Made by a program: the position numbers and the translations under genes. Below the pieces are notes generated by a model. The model saw only the letters and a program-made list of their open reading frames with translations, had not been told where the DNA came from and did not search any database. Of a DNA stretch of 64,000 nucleotides, positions 17,621 through 27,330 are shown piece by piece. The stretch is from Pantanalinema sp. (GTDB lineage Bacteria > Cyanobacteriota > Sericytochromatia > S15B-MN24 > UBA4093), in assembly GCA_036704125.1 (NCBI GenBank), contig DATNQI010000069.1, positions 6,170 to 70,169 of the forward strand. Direction: 5' to 3'. Position 1 is the stretch's first letter; each line of letters starts with the position of its first letter.

Positions 17621-18517
17621 GTGAAGACCAAAGCCTTTGCCTGGTTGTCGTCCACCGTCGTCCTCGCCGGCATCCTCGCCGGTTGCGGCATCAACTCGGG
17701 CGTCGGCATCAACGGCGACGCGACCGTCAGCAAGACCGCCAAGATCTTCGCGGACGGCAACGGCGTGGCCCGCCGGTTCGGCTACAAGTTCGTCGGCGGC
17801 CACCTGGGCATGCCCGGCATCGGTCTTCCCAACCGCGCGGTTCTCCCCGCGATGGCCGACCTCCGCACCAGCGGCAAGGTGAGCCCCGTGTACGACCAGG
17901 GCCAGCTCGGCGCCTGCACCGCCTTCGCGATGGGCAAGGGCCTCCGCGAGACCCTGACCAACATCTCCGGCAAGCCCTCGCAGTCCCTCAGCGCCATGTA
18001 CGTCTACTACAAGGAGCGCGAGCGGATGGGCACCATCAACGAGGACTCCGGCGCGATGATGGTCGACGGCATGGAGGTCCTCAAGGCCAACGGTGCCGCC
18101 CTCGACAGCACGATGCCCTACAACGTCGCCAAGTTCAAGGAAGCTCCCAGCGCCAAGGCCGAGGCCGAAGCCGCCGGCTTCAAGATCGAGGACTTCACCC
18201 TCCTCAACGGCCTCGACCAGCTCAAGGCCGAGCTCGCCAAGGGCAACCCCGCGGTCTTCGGCTACACCGTCTACAAGAGCTTCATGAGCCCGACCGTGGC
18301 CAAGACCGGCATGATGCCGATGCCCAAGCCCGGCGAGCAGATCCTCGGCGGCCACGCGGTCTTCATCGTCGGCTACGACGACGCCAAGCAGGTGCTCATC
18401 ATCAAGAACAGCTGGGGCGGCGGCTGGGGCGACAAGGGCTACTTCTACATGCCCTACGCCTACGTGACGGCCGACAAGGTCGACGAGATCTACGTCGCCA
18501 AGGCCAGCAACCGCTAA
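17621..18517 (+). CDS. Papain-like cysteine peptidase (MEROPS C1 family) lipoprotein
   Basis: GTG start at 17621 with AGGAG 10 nt upstream, preferred over the track ATG at 17534. Lipobox 'LAGC'. Catalytic Gln/Cys 'QGQLGACTAFAMG', His 'GGHAVFIVGYD', Asn/Trp 'NSWGGGWGDKGY'. Confidence 0.8.
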   Translation: MKTKAFAWLSSTVVLAGILAGCGINSGVGINGDATVSKTAKIFADGNGVARRFGYKFVGGHLGMPGIGLPNRAVLPAMADLRTSGKVSPVYDQGQLGACTAFAMGKGLRETLTNISGKPSQSLSAMYVYYKERERMGTINEDSGAMMVDGMEVLKANGAALDSTMPYNVAKFKEAPSAKAEAEAAGFKIEDFTLLNGLDQLKAELAKGNPAVFGYTVYKSFMSPTVAKTGMMPMPKPGEQILGGHAVFIVGYDDAKQVLIIKNSWGGGWGDKGYFYMPYAYVTADKVDEIYVAKASNR

Positions 18518-18534
18518 GCCTCACGCAGCTTGAA

Positions 18535-18575
18535 GTCGCCCCCGGACCTCGGTCCGGGGGCGACTCGTTTTATTC
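18535..18575 (+). terminator. Rho-independent terminator after the peptidase gene
   Basis: gtcgcccccggacc-tcg-ggtccgggggcgac perfect 14-bp stem followed by tcgTTTTaTT. Confidence 0.8.
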
Positions 18576-18683
18576 CCCGCCTCCCGGTGGGACGGGGTTA
18601 GGGTGAACGTCTAACGAAACTGCTCCTTCAAGCCGCTTACAGCGGCCACCACGACACATGCCCGGTTTTGTTAGATGTGAAAA

Positions 18684-19802
18684 TCAAGTTCCTTGCGCCC
18701 TCGATGGGGGCTCGGAACGTTTAGATCCCCCACCCCCGCCCCACCGGGGGGCGGGGAGAGGGGGCAAGGGGGACAGGGGGCGCAGGATGGACTGGGGGGA
18801 GAGGCCCTCCTTGAGGGCCAAGAGCGCGCCTGCGGCCTCGAGATAGGTGCCGACCTCGAGGACGCCCGACAGTCCCAGGCTGACGGGGTCCGCCTGCGAG
18901 GCGACGGCGTTGCCCTTCACCGCGATCACCGGGATCCCCCGGTGATGGGCCGCGAGCACCGGGATGCCCCCGCACGCCCCCCACGGCGCGACCACCGCGT
19001 CCACCTGCTCGAAAGCAAGATCGCCGCGCTCCTTCTGGGCGAGGGGCGCCAGGCGCGGCGCGCGGCGCAGGCCCTCCAGGATGCACGGCAAGAAGGTGAA
19101 GCCCACGGACTCGGCCGCCACCCTCGGGTCCACCCGCATGGGGCGATCCGGCGACTCGTAGGGGGCGTGCGCGCACGGCACCCCCAGGGCGCGCGTCACG
19201 ATGTGGGAGAGGATCGCCTCGAGTCCCCCGATGGGGTCCGGCCCAGAACCCGCCAGGTACGCTTCGGTCTCGGCCTCGGGCAGCTCCGGCATGCGGGTGA
19301 CCAGGGCGATCGCCGTGGCCCCTTGCGCCAACAGCGCCCGCGCCCCCTCGAGCAGGACCTCGGGGTTCTCGACCTCGCCCGAGCTCGCGCCCATGGCGCC
19401 GAGCACGATCCGAGATCGCACCGGCTCGCAGGTCGCTAGCCAGCCCACCATCGGCACCCCCTGGACCGCCCGGCAGGCATCGGCCGCCGTGAGCAGGTGC
19501 AGGAGCCCCTCGGGGTCAGCATCAACGATCGTCCGATCGATCAGGAGGCCCACCCGGTTCGCGCGCACCGGCCGCAGCACCCCTTCTCGCAGGCAGAAGC
19601 GATCGAGCATCCCGCCCTCCACGTACCAGACGTTGGACCGGGCCGCGAACAGGCTCGCGGCGTTGACGACGTTGGGGTGGGTGACGAGGCGATCGCAGGC
19701 GGCGGCCAGCAGGTTGGCCGCGGGCGTCGCATCGCCGGCGTAGCCTCCGACCTCGGCCCCGAGGCCGGTGGGGACGATCATGAGGGCGGTGAAGGGGGTC
19801 AT
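18684..19802 (-). CDS. Conserved hypothetical protein, DUF3326-like, with low-complexity Pro/Gly tail
   Basis: N-terminus 'MIVPTGLGAEVGGYAGDA' recalls the uncharacterised DUF3326 family known from cyanobacteria and plastid lineages (assignment from memory, not verified). ATG overlaps the upstream ORF stop (ATGA). Confidence 0.45.
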   Translation of the reverse strand: MTPFTALMIVPTGLGAEVGGYAGDATPAANLLAAACDRLVTHPNVVNAASLFAARSNVWYVEGGMLDRFCLREGVLRPVRANRVGLLIDRTIVDADPEGLLHLLTAADACRAVQGVPMVGWLATCEPVRSRIVLGAMGASSGEVENPEVLLEGARALLAQGATAIALVTRMPELPEAETEAYLAGSGPDPIGGLEAILSHIVTRALGVPCAHAPYESPDRPMRVDPRVAAESVGFTFLPCILEGLRRAPRLAPLAQKERGDLAFEQVDAVVAPWGACGGIPVLAAHHRGIPVIAVKGNAVASQADPVSLGLSGVLEVGTYLEAAGALLALKEGLSPQSILRPLSPLPPLPAPRWGGGGGSKRSEPPSRAQGT

Positions 19803-19963
19803 GACTGGAGGGCCGCCTCCACGCGCAGGCGATCGCCCTCGAGGGCCGTGACGGCCCAGCGCAGGGGGATGGCCCCTGTCTCGGCGCGCAGGCGATCCTC
19901 GATCCAGGCCGGATCGAGCGCTCCTTCGGGGCGGGGCAGGTGCACGGTGGCGTGACGGATCAT
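19799..19963 (-). CDS. Small hypothetical protein, 54 aa, translationally coupled between sigD and the DUF3326-like gene
   Basis: Hand-translated 'MIRHATVHLPRPEGALDPAWIEDRLRAETGAIPLRWAVTALEGDRLRVEAALQS'. ATG lies 2 nt after the sigD TGA; its own TGA overlaps the next ATG. Below the ORF-track size cutoff. Confidence 0.45.
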   Translation of the reverse strand: MIRHATVHLPRPEGALDPAWIEDRLRAETGAIPLRWAVTALEGDRLRVEAALQS

Positions 19964-19965
19964 GC

Positions 19966-20769
19966 TCAGGACTTGGCGCGAGCGGAGCGCGCGGGCTTGG
20001 CGGCGCCCTCGATGCCCAGATAGCGATTGATGGCGGTCCGCAGGCGCAGGGCCGCCTGGGTGTGGAGCTGGCAGACGCGCGACTCGGTGACGCCCAGGAC
20101 CTGGCCGATCTCCTTGAGGGTCAGGCCCTCGTGGTAGTAGAGGGCCAGCAGCTGCTTCTCGCGAGGGGGCAGGGCGTCGATGGCCGAGGCCAGCTGCTCG
20201 CGGAACTCGCGGTCCTCCAGCTGGGCGCTCGGGCCCGGCCGGTCGTCCACCATGGTGTCGACCCAGCTGAGGCTCTGGCCGTCCTCGCCCACCTGGACCA
20301 GCTCGTCGAGCGAGAGGAAGGGCGAGGTCGCAGCAGCCATCATGCCCGCGAGCTCGTCGGTCGAGACGCCCATGGCCTGGGCGATCTCGGCTTCGGTGGC
20401 GTGACGCCCGAGCGCGCCTTCCAGCTGGCTGATGACGGCCGAGAGCTCCCGGCCGCGCGCGCGCACCGAGCGCGGCACCCAGTCCTGGCTGCGCAGCTCG
20501 TCGATGATGGCCCCCCGGACCCGGGTCATGGCGAAGGTCTCGAACTTGACGCCGCGCTCGGGCGAGAACCGCTCGATGGCGTGGATCAGCCCGATGACGC
20601 CGTACCCGTAGAGGTCGTCGTGGTCGATGGTCGCAGGAAGGGTGACCGCCAGGCGGCCCACCACGTAACGGACCATGGGGGCATACTGGAGGATCAGCTG
20701 CTCGCGGCTCTCCCGGTCGCCCTCGGTCGTGTACTTCTTCCAGAGCTCAGCGGTGCCGGTGGCCGCCAT
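19966..20769 (-). CDS. fliA: Flagellar/motility sigma factor, FliA/SigD (sigma-28) family
   Basis: Region 2 'VRYVVGRL...[43 protein letters not shown]', region 4 'LSLDE...[33 protein letters not shown]'. RBS caggagg upstream. Confidence 0.85.
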   Translation of the reverse strand: [267 protein letters not shown]

Positions 20770-20902
20770 TCAACCTCCTGTGGAACGCGTGAGGGTCCCG
20801 CCCCATCATACCCGCGCAGAGCAAAGAGCATCCAACGAAACCAGGCATGTTACGACCGTTGGCCGCCGTCGGCGGCTTGAAGGAACAGCTTTGTTAGACG
20901 CG

Positions 20903-21235
20903 CTAGTCCTCGTGCATGGTCTGCTGAACGACCCGGGCCGCCTGGGCGAAGTCCATGGGCACGAAGCGCTCGGGGCGAGGGGTGAGATCCAGGGGCTCCA
21001 CCCCCCCGCTGGCCTCGGGCAGGACCACGTCGAAGGAGTTGCCCTTGGTCCCCCGCGCAGGGACGGCGGCGGCACCGAGGTAGTTGAGGCCGATGCCGAT
21101 GAAGCCGCCCACCAGCCCGCCCACCAGCCCGCGGATCACGGCCGTCTCCTCGGATACCCCCGAGAAGAGGGCAACCCCGAAGATCACGAAGGTGCTGATG
21201 ACCCCGAGCACCAGGCTCCAGTTGCGATCGCTCAC
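20903..21235 (-). CDS. Small membrane protein, 2 predicted TM helices, flagellar-operon associated, unknown function
   Basis: 'LVLGVISTFVIFGVALF' and 'LVGGLVGGFIGIGLNYLGAAAV' hydrophobic/Gly-rich segments. 4-nt overlap with upstream PilZ gene. Confidence 0.45.
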   Translation of the reverse strand: MSDRNWSLVLGVISTFVIFGVALFSGVSEETAVIRGLVGGLVGGFIGIGLNYLGAAAVPARGTKGNSFDVVLPEASGGVEPLDLTPRPERFVPMDFAQAARVVQQTMHED

Positions 21236-21945
21236 CGCTCGAGGCCCTCCCGATCGAGGCGGGCCTTGCGGGCCAGCTCGCGCTGGACGGCGAAGACGTA
21301 GCGCACGACGCGCGTACGGATGGCCTGGTCAAGCTTGCCGAAGTCGACCCCCATCAGGAACCGGGTCCCCTTGCGGGTCTGCACGCTGGAGGTCCGGACG
21401 ACGGCGCCGAAGACGAGGACCTCGCCCTCCTGGGGCAGCTCGAGGGTGATGCGAATCCGGCTGTTGCGCGGCAGGTCCATCGGCATCAAAAGCGAGCAAC
21501 CGCCGCCCGAGATGTCCTGGACGTAGGCCGGCAAGGGGGCGCCGTACTCGTCGGGGTCGACGCCCTCGGGCAGCTGCTCGCGCTGCAGGGCGATCGCCTC
21601 CTCGCTGAGCTCGGGCTCCACCTGGCACGGCAGCGAGGTCGGCACCCGGACGAACTCGCGGCGCTGCACGCGGCGCACGTCGTCCTCGGGCGGCAGGCCG
21701 AGCGACAGGCCCTCCGAGTTGACCACGACCACCGGGCACTTCAGGGTGTAGACCGCGTCGGCCAGGGTGAGCGAGACGGTGAGGTGGTCCACCTCCACCG
21801 GGATCTTGAGGCCGTGGCGCTGGGGAAGCCCCGTGTCGAAGGTCCGGTTCCCGACCCGCAGGACGACAGCCTGGCAAGGCACGGTGCGAGCGCCGACGGG
21901 AACGAGTATCTGGAGGGTCTGGCCAGGTTGAATCGGTAGCTTCAT
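21232..21945 (-). CDS. PilZ-domain c-di-GMP-binding protein (YcgR/flagellar-brake-like)
   Basis: PilZ motifs 'RREFVRV' (RxxxR) and 'DISGGGCSL' (D/NxSxxG), YcgR-like N-terminal domain. Directly downstream of flhA. Confidence 0.7.
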   Translation of the reverse strand: MKLPIQPGQTLQILVPVGARTVPCQAVVLRVGNRTFDTGLPQRHGLKIPVEVDHLTVSLTLADAVYTLKCPVVVVNSEGLSLGLPPEDDVRRVQRREFVRVPTSLPCQVEPELSEEAIALQREQLPEGVDPDEYGAPLPAYVQDISGGGCSLLMPMDLPRNSRIRITLELPQEGEVLVFGAVVRTSSVQTRKGTRFLMGVDFGKLDQAIRTRVVRYVFAVQRELARKARLDREGLER

Positions 21946-21957
21946 CCCAATGATCCC

Positions 21958-24051
21958 TTAGAGAGCGATCACGCCCAGCGAGCGAACTTCGGTCTGAGGC
22001 GGAACCACCTCATTGTAAGCGAGCACGGACAGGTTGGGGAACTTCCTCTCGATCAATCTTCTGAAAACCAGCCTGACCTTCGAGGAGCAGAGCACCACCG
22101 GCACGTGGCCCTGGGCCATCAGGCGCTCGACCAGCTCGCCCATGTTGCGGATGAGGCGGCTCGCGGTGCCGGGCTCCAGGGCGACGAAGGCCCCTTGATC
22201 GGTGACCTGGATGGAGTTGCCCAGGAGCTGCTCGAGGCCGGGGTCCAGGGTCACCACCGACAGGGCGCCGTCGTGGCCGAGGGCGGACTTGCAGATGGAG
22301 CGCGCGAGGGCCGCGCGCGCATGCTCGGTGAGCATGTCCAGGTCCTTGGTGAGGCGCGCGTTGGTGGCGAGGCTCTCGAGCACCGGCAAGAGGTCGCGGA
22401 CCGAGACCCGGTCCTTGAGGAGGTTCTGGAGCACCCGCTGGATGTCGCCGACCCCCAGAAGGTCGGGGACCAGCTCGGCGACCACCGCCGGCGAATCCTG
22501 CTTGATGTTGTCCAGGAGGCCCTGCACGTCCTGGCGGGTGAGGATCTCGGGGGCGTGGGCCTTGATCACCTCGGTCAGGTGGGTGGCCACCACGCTCGAC
22601 GCGTCGAAGACGGTGTAACCCGCAAGCTCCGCGCGCTCCTTGAGGTCCTCGGTGATCCAGACCGCCGGCAGGCCGAAGACCGGCTCGACCGTGGGGATGC
22701 CGTCGATCTGCTCGACGGCCATCCCGGCGTTCATGGCCATGTAGTGGTCGATCTGGATCTCGCTGCGGGCGATCTCGATGCCGCGCAGGTTGATGCGGTA
22801 CTCCTTGGGCTTGAGCTGGAGGTTGTCGCGCACGCGGATGGGAGGCAGCACCAGGCCCAGCTTGATAGCCGTCTGGCGCCGGATCATGGTGATGCGATCC
22901 AGCAGGTCGCCCCCCTGCGCCGCGTCCACCAGGGGGATCAGGCGATAGCCGATCTCGAGCTCCATGGGATCGACCTTCAGGAGGTTCATGACGTTCTCGG
23001 GGCCCTTGGGGGTCACCGCGGCCTCGGCCTCGCTGGCCCGGGCCGCCTCGGCCTCCTGGGCGACGGTCTGCTCGTTGCGGCGCAGGGCGAAGGCCAGCGC
23101 CCCGATCCCGCCGCCCACCATGAGGAAGGGCAGGGTGGGAAGGCCCGGCACCATGGCCATGGCCACGAGCATGGCCGAGACGATCATCAGGGGCTTGGGG
23201 TTCGCCAGCAGCTGGCGCGAGATGTTCTGGCCCAGGTTGACGTCGGAGGCCGCGCGCGAGACCAGGATGCCCGTGCCGGTCGAGATGAGCAGGGCCGGGA
23301 TCGCCGAGACCAGGCCGTCGCCGACCGTCAGCAGGGTGTAGGTCTGGAGGGCCTGCACGATGTCGCGGTGCTGCTGGAACACCCCGATCAGGATGCCGCC
23401 CACGATGTTGACGGCGGTGATGACCAGGCCCGCGACCGCGTCGCCCTTGGTGAACTTGGAGGCGCCGTCCATGGTGCCGTAGAAGTCGGCCTCCTGCTGG
23501 AGGGCCTTGCGGCGCTCCTTGGCCTGCTCCTCGTTGATCAGGCCCGCGTTGAGGTCGGCGTCGACCGCCATCTGCTTGCCCGGCATGGCGTCCAGGGTGA
23601 AGCGGGCGGCCACTTCCGAGATGCGGCCCGAGCCGTTGGTGATGACCACGAACTGGATGACGGTCAGGATCAAGAAGATGATGATCCCGACGACGTAGTT
23701 GCCCTGGATGACGAAGTTGCCGAAGGCCTCGACCACGTGACCGGCCTCGCCGTGCAGGAGGATCAGGCGCGCGGTCGAGACGTTCAGCGCGAGCCTAAAG
23801 AGCGTCAGCACCAGGAGCAGCGACGGGAAGGTGTTGAACTGGACGGGCTCCAGGACGTAGAGCGAGATGAGCAGCATCAAGAGGCTGCCCGTAATGTTCA
23901 GGACCAGGAAGACGTCCAGGATGGCGGTGGGCAAGGGGATGATCAGCATCCCCACGATCACCACCATCACGACCGCAAGCACCAGGTCGCTCTGCTGGAG
24001 CATCCGCGTGAGCCCGGAGGCTGGGGTCTTTACTGCTGCGCCGGTTGCCAT
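21958..24051 (-). CDS. flhA: Flagellar type III export apparatus protein FlhA
   Basis: 697 aa, 8 N-terminal TM helices, conserved 'FPSLLLVLTLFRLALNVSTARLIL' and FHIPEP cytoplasmic domain. Confidence 0.95.
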   Translation of the reverse strand: MATGAAVKTPASGLTRMLQQSDLVLAVVMVVIVGMLIIPLPTAILDVFLVLNITGSLLMLLISLYVLEPVQFNTFPSLLLVLTLFRLALNVSTARLILLHGEAGHVVEAFGNFVIQGNYVVGIIIFLILTVIQFVVITNGSGRISEVAARFTLDAMPGKQMAVDADLNAGLINEEQAKERRKALQQEADFYGTMDGASKFTKGDAVAGLVITAVNIVGGILIGVFQQHRDIVQALQTYTLLTVGDGLVSAIPALLISTGTGILVSRAASDVNLGQNISRQLLANPKPLMIVSAMLVAMAMVPGLPTLPFLMVGGGIGALAFALRRNEQTVAQEAEAARASEAEAAVTPKGPENVMNLLKVDPMELEIGYRLIPLVDAAQGGDLLDRITMIRRQTAIKLGLVLPPIRVRDNLQLKPKEYRINLRGIEIARSEIQIDHYMAMNAGMAVEQIDGIPTVEPVFGLPAVWITEDLKERAELAGYTVFDASSVVATHLTEVIKAHAPEILTRQDVQGLLDNIKQDSPAVVAELVPDLLGVGDIQRVLQNLLKDRVSVRDLLPVLESLATNARLTKDLDMLTEHARAALARSICKSALGHDGALSVVTLDPGLEQLLGNSIQVTDQGAFVALEPGTASRLIRNMGELVERLMAQGHVPVVLCSSKVRLVFRRLIERKFPNLSVLAYNEVVPPQTEVRSLGVIAL

Positions 24052-24239
24052 GATTGCATCTTACGCGCGATACCGTTTCCTTAAACGCACTGCCTGCCGC
24101 GCCTGGACCATTGTACAACCAAGCGAGGCGCAAGGGCGCTCTCCCGGACGAAAATTCGGGACTAAAGTCCCAAGGCGGCGGAGCTTGCGCCCCCTATAGT
24201 GATAAAATTACCGCGCCCGCACCACAAGGAGAAGCAGCC

Positions 24240-26297
24240 ATGCGCCTCACGCTCCGCGCCCGCATCTTTTCTGGCTTCCTGCTCATGATCGCGCTGATCG
24301 CGGCCCTCGGGGTGGCCTCGGTCTTCTCGGTCCAGCGGGTGCAGGGCCTTCTGGCCGCGACCTACCGGCAGGACCTGGCCGGCCTGAACCAGAGCGCCGA
24401 GACCCTCGCCCAGCTCCACAACCTGCGCGTGGGCGCCCACCGCTTCGTCGGCGCCCCCACCCCGCAGCGCGAGGAGAAGATCGCCGGGACCCTCGACGGC
24501 GACCTGACCGACTTCCAGAAGATGGTCACCGCGCTCGAGGGGCTCGACGCGGTCAAGGAAGGCCAGGTCGAGCTGAGCGCCTTCAAGGCCGAGACCGACG
24601 CCTTCATCTCCATCGTCAGGCAGGCCATGGTCGAGAAGCAGACGCGCGGGGCCGTCGAGGCCGCCTGGCTGATGGAGCGCGACGGGCGCGATCACTTCCT
24701 CAAGGCCGAAGAGGCCATCCAGCAGGTCCACGACCGGATCCAGGCCGAGAGCAAGGCGCGCTACGAGGCCTCGGTGCAAGACGCCCAGCGCTCGCTCGCG
24801 CTGACCGTCGGCTTCATCGTCGTCGCGCTCGGGGCGGCCCTCGCGATGGCGTGGGTCCTCGCCCGCTCCATCGTGAACCCCATCCAGCGCATGCAGCGCG
24901 CCGCCCAGGCGATCGCGCGAGGCGAACTGGACCAGGACGTGCGCGAACGTCGCCAGGACGAGATCGGAGCCATGGCGCAGAGCTTCCAGGACATGACCCG
25001 CTACCTCACGGAGGTCGCCACGGTCGCGAGCGCCATGAGCCAGGGGGACCTCAGCCGGAGCCTCACCCCCAAGAGCCCGAGCGACCGGCTCGGCACCGCC
25101 GTCGCCCAGATGGTCGAGAGCCTGCGCGGCATCGTCCAGCGGGTGCGCGCCGCCTCCGACGCGGTGGGCGCGGAGGCCCATGCGATCGCAAGCTCCAGCG
25201 CGGAGCTCGCGGCGTCGGTCGCCGTCCAGGCGTCCAGCGCCGAAGAGACCTCGGCGGCCATGGTGGAGATGAACGCCAGCCTCCACTCGGTCGACTCGAC
25301 CGTGCAGACCATGGATCGCAAGGTGGGCCTGGTTCGGGGCCAGTCGGACGCGCTGGCCGCGGCCGTCAGCCAGACCAGCAGCTCCATCTCGGAGCTTGCG
25401 GCCAGCATCCAGCAGGTGGCGGGCAACGTCTCGAACGCCAACCGGGTGGCCGAGGAGGCCTCCGGGGCGGCGCACGCCGGCGAAGAGGCCGTCAACCAGA
25501 CCGTGGCCGGCATGAAGGCGATCGCCGAGACCATGGGGGGCATCCGTGCCACCATCCAGCTGCTGGATCAGCGCTCGGGCGAGATCGGGGCGATCATCGA
25601 GGTGATCGACGACATCGCCGATCAGACCAACCTCCTGGCGCTCAACGCCGCCATCGAGGCCGCCCGCGCCGGCGACGCGGGCCGGGGCTTCGCGGTGGTC
25701 GCCGACGAGGTGCGCAAGCTCGCCGAGCGCTCGGCCAAGGCCACCAAGGAGATCGGCGACCTCATCCGGGCCATCCAGCAGGAAACCACCCAGGCGGTCG
25801 GCGTCACCCACGAGGGCGCCTCCAAGGTCGAAGAGGGCTCGCGGCTGGCGAGCCGTACCGGCGAGGCCCTCGGGCGGATGCGGGATGCGGCGAGCCACGT
25901 CGGCCGGCTCCTGGCCGAGGTCGCCACGGCCACCGACGAGCAGGCGCGCTCCGGCGGCGCGATCGTCTCGGCCACCGAGCAGATGGCTGCGATCAACGAC
26001 CAGGTCACCGGCGCGGTGGCCGAGATGGAGCAGCTCGCCCGGGGCGTCTCCTACGCCACCGGCGAGCAGCGCCAGGGCTCCGAGCAGGTCGTGGTCGCGG
26101 TCGAGAGCCTGAACCGCAGCTCGCGCGAGGCCTCGGCCGCCACCGATCAGGTCGCCCGCACGGCCGACGACCTCACCGAGCAGGCGCGCCGGCTCCAGGA
26201 GGCCATCTCCTTCTTCAAGCTCGACTCCCAGGATCCTCAGACGGCGCTGGGCGCCGAGCGTCCCCTCGCCCTCGCGGCGCCTCGCCCCTCACGATAA
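24240..26297 (+). CDS. Methyl-accepting chemotaxis protein (two-TM, HAMP, MA domain)
   Basis: Start set at ATG 24240 ([17 protein letters not shown] 24226-24231), not the track start 24054. MCP signalling hairpin '[44 protein letters not shown]'. Confidence 0.9.
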   Translation: MRLTLRARIFSGFLLMIALIAALGVASVFSVQRVQGLLAATYRQDLAGLNQSAETLAQLHNLRVGAHRFVGAPTPQREEKIAGTLDGDLTDFQKMVTALEGLDAVKEGQVELSAFKAETDAFISIVRQAMVEKQTRGAVEAAWLMERDGRDHFLKAEEAIQQVHDRIQAESKARYEASVQDAQRSLALTVGFIVVALGAALAMAWVLARSIVNPIQRMQRAAQAIARGELDQDVRERRQDEIGAMAQSFQDMTRYLTEVATVASAMSQGDLSRSLTPKSPSDRLGTAVAQMVESLRGIVQRVRAASDAVGAEAHAIASSSAELAASVAVQASSAEETSAAMVEMNASLHSVDSTVQTMDRKVGLVRGQSDALAAAVSQTSSSISELAASIQQVAGNVSNANRVAEEASGAAHAGEEAVNQTVAGMKAIAETMGGIRATIQLLDQRSGEIGAIIEVIDDIADQTNLLALNAAIEAARAGDAGRGFAVVADEVRKLAERSAKATKEIGDLIRAIQQETTQAVGVTHEGASKVEEGSRLASRTGEALGRMRDAASHVGRLLAEVATATDEQARSGGAIVSATEQMAAINDQVTGAVAEMEQLARGVSYATGEQRQGSEQVVVAVESLNRSSREASAATDQVARTADDLTEQARRLQEAISFFKLDSQDPQTALGAERPLALAAPRPSR

Positions 26298-26306
26298 GGA
26301 GCCCCC

Positions 26307-27317
26307 ATGACCCTCTCTTCGACCCTTCCCTCCTGCCTGGCGCTCTTCACGGCGCTCATCCCCCTCTGGGCCCCGGCCGCCGAGGCCAAGCCCGAGGCCT
26401 CCGTCTCGGGGGTCGTCTTCGCCGACTACAGCGCCCCCACCTCGGGCCAGCTCGCGGGCTTCAACCTGACCCGGGCCTTCCTCACGGGCAAGGTCCGGAT
26501 CGACAACGTCTGGTCGGGCGTCATCACCCTCAACCCCTACGCCGAGCCCCTGCCTAGCGGCTCGACCGAGCCCCACGACGTCCTCCTCCAGAACGCCTAC
26601 CTCCAGGCGGACGGCCTCTATCCCGGCGGTAGCCTGCAGCTCGGGATGGTGACCCTGCCCTGGACCGAGTACGAGTATGGCTTCTGGGGCTACCGCATGC
26701 TGGGCACCGTGCCGCTCGCCGGCGGCATCGGCAAGGGCCAGACCTACGTCGGCACCTGGGACAAGGGCCTCAAGGCCCTGGGCAGCAACGGCCCGCTCGA
26801 CTACGCCCTGGCGGTCTACAACGGGGAGGGCTTCCGCTCCGGCGAGACCGACGGCTTCAAGTCCGCCCAGGGGCGCGTGAGCCTCGTCGCCCCCTTCGGC
26901 ATGGAGCTGACGGCGCTCGGCGAGCGGAGCCGGACGGCGGCCAAGTTCGTCAGCGATCGCGCCTCGGTCCTGCTGGGCTTCAGGAGCGACACCTTCCGCT
27001 GCGCCCTCCAGGGCACCCGCCTCTGGGACCAGGCCAGCGAGACAAGCCCCTTCGGAATGGGCCACGTCCTGAGCGCCTACGAAGTGGCCGCGCTGCCGAT
27101 CCCGGGCGTGCCGGGGGTCGAGTTGCTGCTGCGCGGCGACTACATCGAGCCGAGCGAGATCACCGCGGGCGACGAGCGCCTCGAGGCCATCGCGGGCCTC
27201 TCCTTCAAGCCCGCCAAGGGGGTCACCCTGGTGCTCGACAACCAGAACATCACCCGCTACGGCGCCACGACCACCAACGCCAACGTGGTCGCCCTGCACA
27301 CCAGCTTGGCGTTCTAA
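26307..27317 (+). CDS. Outer-membrane beta-barrel protein (porin-like)
   Basis: Signal peptide 'MTLSSTLPSCLALFTALIPLWAPAAEA', alternating amphipathic beta-strands, C-terminal 'ALHTSLAF' with terminal Phe. Confidence 0.6.
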   Translation: MTLSSTLPSCLALFTALIPLWAPAAEAKPEASVSGVVFADYSAPTSGQLAGFNLTRAFLTGKVRIDNVWSGVITLNPYAEPLPSGSTEPHDVLLQNAYLQADGLYPGGSLQLGMVTLPWTEYEYGFWGYRMLGTVPLAGGIGKGQTYVGTWDKGLKALGSNGPLDYALAVYNGEGFRSGETDGFKSAQGRVSLVAPFGMELTALGERSRTAAKFVSDRASVLLGFRSDTFRCALQGTRLWDQASETSPFGMGHVLSAYEVAALPIPGVPGVELLLRGDYIEPSEITAGDERLEAIAGLSFKPAKGVTLVLDNQNITRYGATTTNANVVALHTSLAF

Positions 27318-27330
27318 CGCTCAGCACGAC

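Noticed and set aside
24054-24239. Listed 5' extension of the MCP ORF ([10 protein letters not shown]...)
   Set aside because: No RBS and no MCP-like sequence. The ATG at 24240 has an AAGGAG RBS and begins the TM1 segment, and the extension would overlap the flhA divergent promoter.
24070-24240. Possible sigma-28 (TAAA-N15-GCCGATAA) promoter upstream of the MCP
   Set aside because: Only partial matches (GCGCGATAC; CTAAAG...) with wrong spacing. Not convincing without a genome-wide motif model.
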